This document shows positions 56,297 through 64,000 of a stretch of DNA of 64,000 bases, piece after piece. The notes beneath the pieces were generated by a model that worked only from the letters and a program-made list of their open reading frames with translations, searched no databases and had not been told where the DNA came from. A program made the position numbers and the translations under genes. The stretch's first letter is position 1. Every line of letters starts with the position of its first letter. The stretch is from contig OZ024741.1 in NCBI GenBank assembly GCA_964016885.1, forward strand, positions 179,056,001 through 179,120,000, read 5' to 3'. The DNA is from Eledone cirrhosa (taxonomy: Eukaryota).

Positions 56297-56489
56297 ACTT
56301 TCAATAAATAATGAATGAATATTACATAATTTATCTACTAAATTACGTTATTCTTGATTAAATATAAATAATTTTGTTCCTTATTTTAAGATTCACTTCT
56401 TTAAAATTTTCAAATGTCAACACTTCCGGTTAGCGATCGCTTAAATAAACATTCATATATTTCCTTCACTAATTTTTTCCTTATCCAGT

Positions 56490-56970
<481 letters not shown>

Positions 56971-57053
56971 TATATATATACATATATATATTATATATAT
57001 ATATATATTATTTATATATATAATATATACATACATATATATATATATATATG

Positions 57054-57115
<62 letters not shown>

Positions 57116-57159
57116 GAGAGAGAGGGGGAGAGATAGAGAGATAGAGAGATAGATAGATA

Positions 57160-57853
57160 TGTTTCTTTATTAGCGACAGGGGCACAAAAGAAGGGGACAA
57201 ATACAAAGGGGGAAGTTTACATACAATAAAAACGTGTAAAATGTTATCACAAATGCAATTTAAAAATTAGTCGATTTTCCCCAATAGGGGGAGACATTTC
57301 ATATGGGTAACACATACCCCCGAAAAAAATGTGCATCCGTCATCTTCAGGAGTACGAAGAGTTTGTACTCCCTTCCTCTCCTCCTCTTTTTCCTCAACCT
57401 ACAGGCTGATATAGAGAGACGCCCATTCACTCGGGCCATTCTCGCCACTTTCACCCACCTTTCATAAAACTTGCTGGGGTATAGCACCTCTCCTGATTCT
57501 TTTTCCAAAGTGGTATTTGAAAAAAAGAATCAGGATGGAGAGAGAGGTGTCTGACCTCAGCCCTTTCAACCTTGTCCACCATACAACCTCTTTCGCCATA
57601 GCTATCACACAAAGGAAAACCGCCTCTCCTTCGTTTTTGAAGGAGTGTGGCGGATTGATCATGACAATGGACTCGGTGGTCAACCGGATTGGTCCCACCC
57701 GCGACAATAGTCGCTCTACATAGCCCCACAGGTCGGTGACGCCCGGGCAGTGTATGAATGCGTGCGCGACGGTTTCTTCGTCTCGTATGCACCTCGGACA
57801 GATCTTTTTTGCAGGGTCCCTGCCCATGTCTGTAGAGCTTGTCTCGAACTGGT
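57160..57853 (-). mobile_element. Second Tx1/L1-group 3' fragment, flanked by GATA repeats
   Basis: CPRCIRDEETVAHAFIHC..., homologous to 25025-25770. GATA repeats at 57140-57158 and 57881-57906. Confidence 0.85.
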
Positions 57854-58454
57854 AGTGTAAGAACTCTTCGACAAATAAAATAGATAGATAAATAGATAGA
57901 TAGATAGACAGATATAGTATCGTTGAACGATTTACGAAATTGGAATATTAAAGTAACTGCTTCAACGTTTCCACTTATTAGACTGTTATTCATTGTCAAA
58001 AACGTGTGTTGAAGCCGTTAACTTTAAGTTAACTTAATGTTCAAAACTCATAACTCGATGAAAGCTAATAATATATTTGGATATCTTCCACTCCTCTTCG
58101 TTGCGGGTGGCAGTGTCCGGGTTTGTGGCCGAAGCAACCAGTCAATTCTTCTTTGCATGTTGCCATTGATAGTCTTGTGTGAATATAAACACTGATTTAG
58201 TTTTCAAACCAAATCTAATGGCAAAAGGCTTAAATTCACTAATATTGTTACTTAAAGAACTAAGGTGCACAAGTTAAATATTCTCTCCTCATACACAATG
58301 TTTATATTATGTAAACTTGTTCATTGAAAATGTGACTATATTAATTTAGATTTGGTTATTTGTGCCATAGTTTTGTTGAACGGAATAAGGTGAATGTAGA
58401 AAATATACACAATAAAACGTTTCTTTGCTCTTTGATTTAATGGGGAGCATTAAA

Positions 58455-58800
58455 TTTAGGGAGAGAGTAAGAGAGAGAAGGAGAGAGAGAGAAACTGAGA
58501 AAGAGATATAGAAGAATCTATAAGAGAGAAAAGAGAGAGGAGCAAGAGAGAGAGAGAGACTGAGAAAGAGATATAGAAGAATCTATAAGAGAGAAAAGAG
58601 AGAGAGGAAGAGAGGAAGGGAGAGGGAGAGAGAGAGAGACTGAGAAAGAGATATAGAAGAATCTATAAGAGAGAAAAGAGAGAGGAAGGAGAGAGCAAGA
58701 GAGAGAGAGAGAGACTGAGAAAGAGATATAGAAGAATCTATAAGAGAAAAAAGTGAGAGGAGAGAGAAATATAGAGAGAGACTGAGAAAGAGATAAGGAA
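58455..58800. repeat. Purine-rich minisatellite, ~65-80 bp unit
   Basis: ACTGAGAAAAGAGATATAGAAGAATCTATAAGAGA occurs 4 times plus a partial copy. Confidence 0.9.
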
Positions 58801-59610
58801 GACTCTATCCCAGTATCAGACTGACACTTTATTTATTGACCTCGACGAGATTTAATCTCAAAGCGGTGATACCGGAACAAATACTGCAACGAATCCGCCT
58901 GGTGGTAGAGAGATACATTACAGGACAATAGTAATACAAGGTATGTAGTATATCCTACCCAAAGTGCTAGATTAATCCGACAATGAGTTGTAAAACTATT
59001 CTTTTAGCGAAAATTGGACAGTTTATAGTTTCAATAATATAAAACAGAGCCATTATGATTATGAAAGTACAAAACCTTCTGATAAGTAGATAAATAAATA
59101 AATGAATTAAATATGGTGAATATTCCTTCAACGCGTGAATGCTTTGCTGTAATTGAATTCTCGAAATATAATTCGTTATCGATGCAATAACGCAGACAAT
59201 ATGTTCGTAGATTATATACATCTACTGCAATCTTTTAATGACACTTAGTTTAACGCTATGTGAAAAATTTATATTATATACTACACATTATAGTATTATA
59301 CATATGCGTCTGTGAATGTATGCTCGTGTATAAATGTGTGTATGTGTTTATTTTATTTTCATGATATAGAGGCCGGTTGTCGAAGAAACAACACCACGCG
59401 TTCGGTCGGCCCTCTGTATCATGAAAAGAAAATCTTTTTCGGGGAATTTATTGAATTTTCCGAATTTAAATGTTTATTAGGAACTTTCAATGTTTATTTT
59501 AGGTTTTGTTATCTGAAAAGCTCAGGCTATCTAAAATGATAGTCCTCAGTGAAATATGTATAAGGGAGCATTAAATGAACTGGAATTGACTGATTATGGC
59601 CTCCGATCTT

Positions 59611-59670
<60 letters not shown>

Positions 59671-59757
59671 CACACATATATATATATACACACACACATA
59701 TCTTTATATATATACACACACACACATATATATATATACACACACACATATTTTTAC

Positions 59758-59790
<33 letters not shown>

Positions 59791-59896
59791 TTCGTTTTTT
59801 GTGTTTAATCCTACACAAATGAGCTAACATTTACTTAATGCGCTCTCAATACATATAAATAGGATATAGAATTTATTTTTACAACGAAACATTTGA

Positions 59897-59940
59897 CAGT
59901 GACTTTGGAATTCCACCTGTGGTAGGCTTCATCAGACTAC
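59897..59940 (-). ncRNA. Degenerate hammerhead motif in a decayed PLE 3' end (59790-60500)
   Basis: GUAGU-CUGAUGA-AGCCUACCACAGGU-GGAA-UUCCAAAGUC-ACUG; GAAA changed to GGAA. 60220-60415 is homologous to 62180-62375. Confidence 0.5.
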
Positions 59941-60543
59941 ATTTTCTGTAGTGGTTAATGCTATTTATATGTTTTGGCCTATCTTGTGGTGATGGTGGAG
60001 GAGGGGGGGGGGGTCTTTAATGTGTTCCATTTAGGTGAGATTTAGATATTTAAATATGTATTTATCCATTTAGTCGTATTTGAGTGAATGTTGTTAAATT
60101 TGATTATATAGTGTAAAATTGTTTTAACCATGAGAGGGAAGTTCTACGTGGAGATGTATGTGCCAAGATACACTGCATAATGCAGAGCCCTCATGATGCT
60201 GGGGGGTTCAACTGAAAAATGAAGTGACGCGAAAATATTATAAATTGAGGTTTAAAGGGTTATTTTGTTGATAACGCAGGCGAAATAAGAAGAGAGAAAC
60301 TTCATTTTCTTGTTGATGTTGAATGTGATCGACAGCAACTGCTACTTCTCTGCACGTTTAATGTTCAACAATCTATTCGAAAATGGTAGATTTCATGCTG
60401 CAGAAGAAAATAATCTGGATGATGACGCCATTGAGTCGCATACGTGCAACCATTTGCATGGGGGCTATCTTTAAGTTTAGATAGTACCTGTGCGTGCATG
60501 CATTAAAACATATATATATATAGAGATAGATAGATAGATATAC

Positions 60544-60577
<34 letters not shown>

Positions 60578-60579
<2 letters not shown>

Positions 60580-60783
60580 CGAAGGAAATGTGGTAAGGAA
60601 CCAGATGGACCATAACGCACTAAAGTAATCAATACTTAGGGTAGTAGAGTGCGTAATAGGAACGAGTAGGACCCCGACGGCTGAGCTCAAGCCGTTTCGA
60701 CGGCTAATTCTGGACTAATTTTTTAGTCCAGAATTAGCCGTCGAAACGGCTTGAGTTCAGCCGTCGGGGTCCTACTCGTTCCT
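60578..60783. mobile_element. Family Y palindromic pLTR cassette
   Basis: Hairpin 60656-60786 centred at ~60721; reverse orientation relative to 49448-49640. Confidence 0.85.
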
Positions 60784-61124
60784 ATATATATATATATATA
60801 TTTAATACATTAACAGAGAAAGCTTTAAGCAATACTCCGACCGACTTCCGTCTCACTCAACAAACATTAGGATATACCTTAGTATAATCCCAATTATACG
60901 TTTGGGGTGCTAACTATACGTATTTTGCGGATAGCCAGTTGTATTATTTTATATGAGACATAATTAAATACATCCCTCTTTCCAAACGATCGTTTCATTA
61001 TAAGTTTTCTACAAGTTGGGAAAATAATGTCCAGGTTATGTAGAAGCCTACACATAGTCTATAGGAATATATGCAGGTGGGCACTTATAAATCATCAGTG
61101 GATGCCCAACAATATCGATATAAA

Positions 61125-61174
<50 letters not shown>

Positions 61175-61429
61175 ATATATATATATATGTATATATATGT
61201 GTGTGTGTAATTCTCGGACCGGGTGATGTGTTGTTTCCTTCAGAAAGACACTTTATTTCCCGTTGCTCCAGTTTGCACAACTGTAGAAATGAGATGAAGA
61301 GGTTCCGACCTGCCCGCCCAGCCAGTGGGATGGTGTTATCTCATGGCTAAAACAGCACGACGTGCTGTGACCAGCGGCGCCGAATGGACGCCCGACTGAT
61401 AGGTCGGTCAAGGTAGTCAAGGTGATTAT

Positions 61430-61640
61430 ATATATATATACATTATATATATGTGTGTGTATATAAACTCATATTAATGCAATAATCTATATATATTTAT
61501 TTATATATACTTACACACACACACATATATATATATGTGTGTATGTGTGTGTGTGTGTAAGTATATATAAATAAATATATATAGATTATTGCATTAATAT
61601 GAGTTTATATACACACACATATATATAATGTATATATATA
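61430..61640. repeat. ~200 bp palindrome of microsatellite-rich sequence
   Basis: AAACTCATATTAATGCAATAATCT (61465) is inverted at 61582-61605; arms ~90 bp. Confidence 0.85.
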
Positions 61641-61946
61641 TATATGTATATATGTATATATATATATATCATATATGCATGTATATACATGTATACATAT
61701 ATGCATATATGTATTTGTACAAACAGGCACACACCCATATATGCATACATAAACACAATACATATCTATATGTGTGTGTGCGAGTATGTGTACTACATAC
61801 GCGCACACACACACTATCTTATAAATAAATAAATATATATATATATATATTATAAATAAATAAATATATATATATCGCGATCGGGTTTTTACCTTTTTTA
61901 TTATATATATATATACATAAATATATATATACACACACACACACAC

Positions 61947-62047
<101 letters not shown>

Positions 62048-62986
62048 ATAAAAAAGGTAAAAACCCGATCGCGATGCCTTGCGGAGTTTCGGCTTCTACG
62101 TCGCAAGCCTTTGCAAGGTTATAGTGGGGTATGATGAATCTTTCTAGAATTTATGTGAAGCCCCGATTATAGTGGAAGATCAACTGAAATGTGAAGTGAA
62201 GTGAAAATATTGTAAATTGAGGTTTAAATGGTTGATTTGTTGATAAAGCAGGCGGAATAAGAAGATAGAAAACTTCTTTTTCTTATTGATGTTGAATGTG
62301 ATCCACTGCTCCTTCTCTGTACATGTAATGTCAGTTTTTAACATGGTGGATTCCAAGCTGCAGAAAAAATAATAATTTGATACACACATATATATAAAAC
62401 ATTCTAAAACGCCCCAGTATATTTGTGTGCGTTTGTGTGTATGCAGTATGCATACACACAGTAAATACACTTCATCACTGGTTACCAACCCATATAATCC
62501 ACTTTACCTATTTTTAAACCTTTATATTCTACCTGATCTCATTTAATCCTATTTACTAATTTATTTAACCATTTTCTCATTTACTTCTATATAACCCACT
62601 CTTTATTGTTAATTCTATTCTTTACTTAAAAGTACTCCCTCAGCTTTTAAGTTCTGTCTATAAATAGCCTTACCCTTCACCAACCCTAATCCTATGACCA
62701 TTATATCCCTTCTCCTTTTACTCCACTCCTACCCACTAACCACCCCTACCTCCACCCCCACTACTTCCTTCTCCTGAACCCATGCCTGTCCAGATAGACT
62801 TACCATTCTCTGTCCGCCCTCCACTTTCTCCATCAAACCAGTTTACTACAATGATAAATTCAACGAAAGCACTACCAAGACTAGTGACCTATTTTCTCAC
62901 ACCCTAGAAATATCACTACACTATTGAAAAGGCTTGCTAAACACGCAAGCCGAAACCACTTGGCACCGCGGTCGGGATTTTACATA

Positions 62987-63068
<82 letters not shown>

Positions 63069-63071
63069 CTA

Positions 63072-63232
<161 letters not shown>

Positions 63233-63258
63233 GCCCTTATATATATATATATATATAT

Positions 63259-63297
<39 letters not shown>

Positions 63298-63301
<4 letters not shown>

Positions 63302-63415
63302 GTGTGGCTGAGTGGTTAGAGAATTGGATTCGCAATCGTAAGGTTGTGAGTTCGATTCCTGGACCAGGCGATGCGTTATGTCCTTGAGCAAGACACTTTA
63401 TTTTACGTTGCTCCT
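63298..63415 (+). mobile_element. SINE family 2 head (tRNA-derived, CORE-like)
   Basis: TGGCTGAGTGG A box, GAGTTCGATTCC B box, TGTCCTTGAGCAAGACACTTT. Confidence 0.8.
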
Positions 63416-63512
63416 TCTACCTGGAGTTGCGACCGATAGATAGTATTAGCAATTGGAAAGACCAACGGAAACATTGTTCCCTCAGTCCGATTTGACGAAA
63501 GTCGATCGTCCC

Positions 63513-63543
<31 letters not shown>

Positions 63544-63853
63544 ACAAGGAGAAAAAGACGATTATCTTTTTTCTGGGTTAGAAAATGATTAAAACGAAAT
63601 ATTTTACTTTGTGTGAAGTGTTAAGGTATTAATTGATTGATTTATTAATTAACAGTGGCATTTATTTATTTATTTATATATTTAATGATTGTCTATTACC
63701 GGTTTCAGCATTTTTATGCATTATCAAATAATAATAATATGTATTGGTGTAGAATGGTGGTGTTGGACATGTTAAAGAAATGGTGCAGAAAGAATAACGT
63801 TATTTATAAACAAGGTATATATATATATATAACGAAGGTATATATATATATAT

Positions 63854-63940
63854 AACGGAGGAAATGTGGTAAGGAACCAGGTGGACTATAACGCACCAAA
63901 GTACTCAATACTTAGGTTAGTAGAGTGGGTAGTACTCGTT

Positions 63941-63943
<3 letters not shown>
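63854..63943. mobile_element. Family Y minimal cassette
   Basis: Tail on the minus strand joined to a 12 bp inverted TACTCGTTCCTA; flanked by (TA)n. Confidence 0.8.
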
Positions 63944-63988
<45 letters not shown>

Positions 63989-64000
63989 ATAATCCGGGTT

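Overview
AT-rich, repeat-dominated animal genomic DNA with no supportable host gene. The SINE and microsatellite make-up suggests a mollusc, probably an octopus (inference). The window holds many (TA)n, (TG)n, (CT)n and (GATA)n microsatellites, many tRNA-derived SINEs, and decayed non-LTR retrotransposons (RTE, CR1/L2-type, Tx1/L1-type, CRE-type). It also holds a non-autonomous Helitron and many Penelope-like element (PLE) pieces, including a 4.5 kb Hydra-type PLE with RT, GIY-YIG and an inverted 5' pseudo-LTR. The main hidden signal is about 15 type I (mostly minimal) hammerhead ribozyme motifs from at least 6 sequence families. They sit in small non-coding cassettes inserted in (TA)n runs with a recurring tail-out inverted architecture. 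One family (41.9, 47.0, 55.0 kb) occurs as circularly permuted monomers and 1.5-mers of a ~430-560 bp unit, as expected for a retrozyme-like (possibly circular) RNA mobilised by PLE machinery. Three cassette arms begin at or within about 3 nt of the predicted ribozyme cleavage site. All calls are by eye, no alignment or folding was run, and coordinates are approximate to a few bases.
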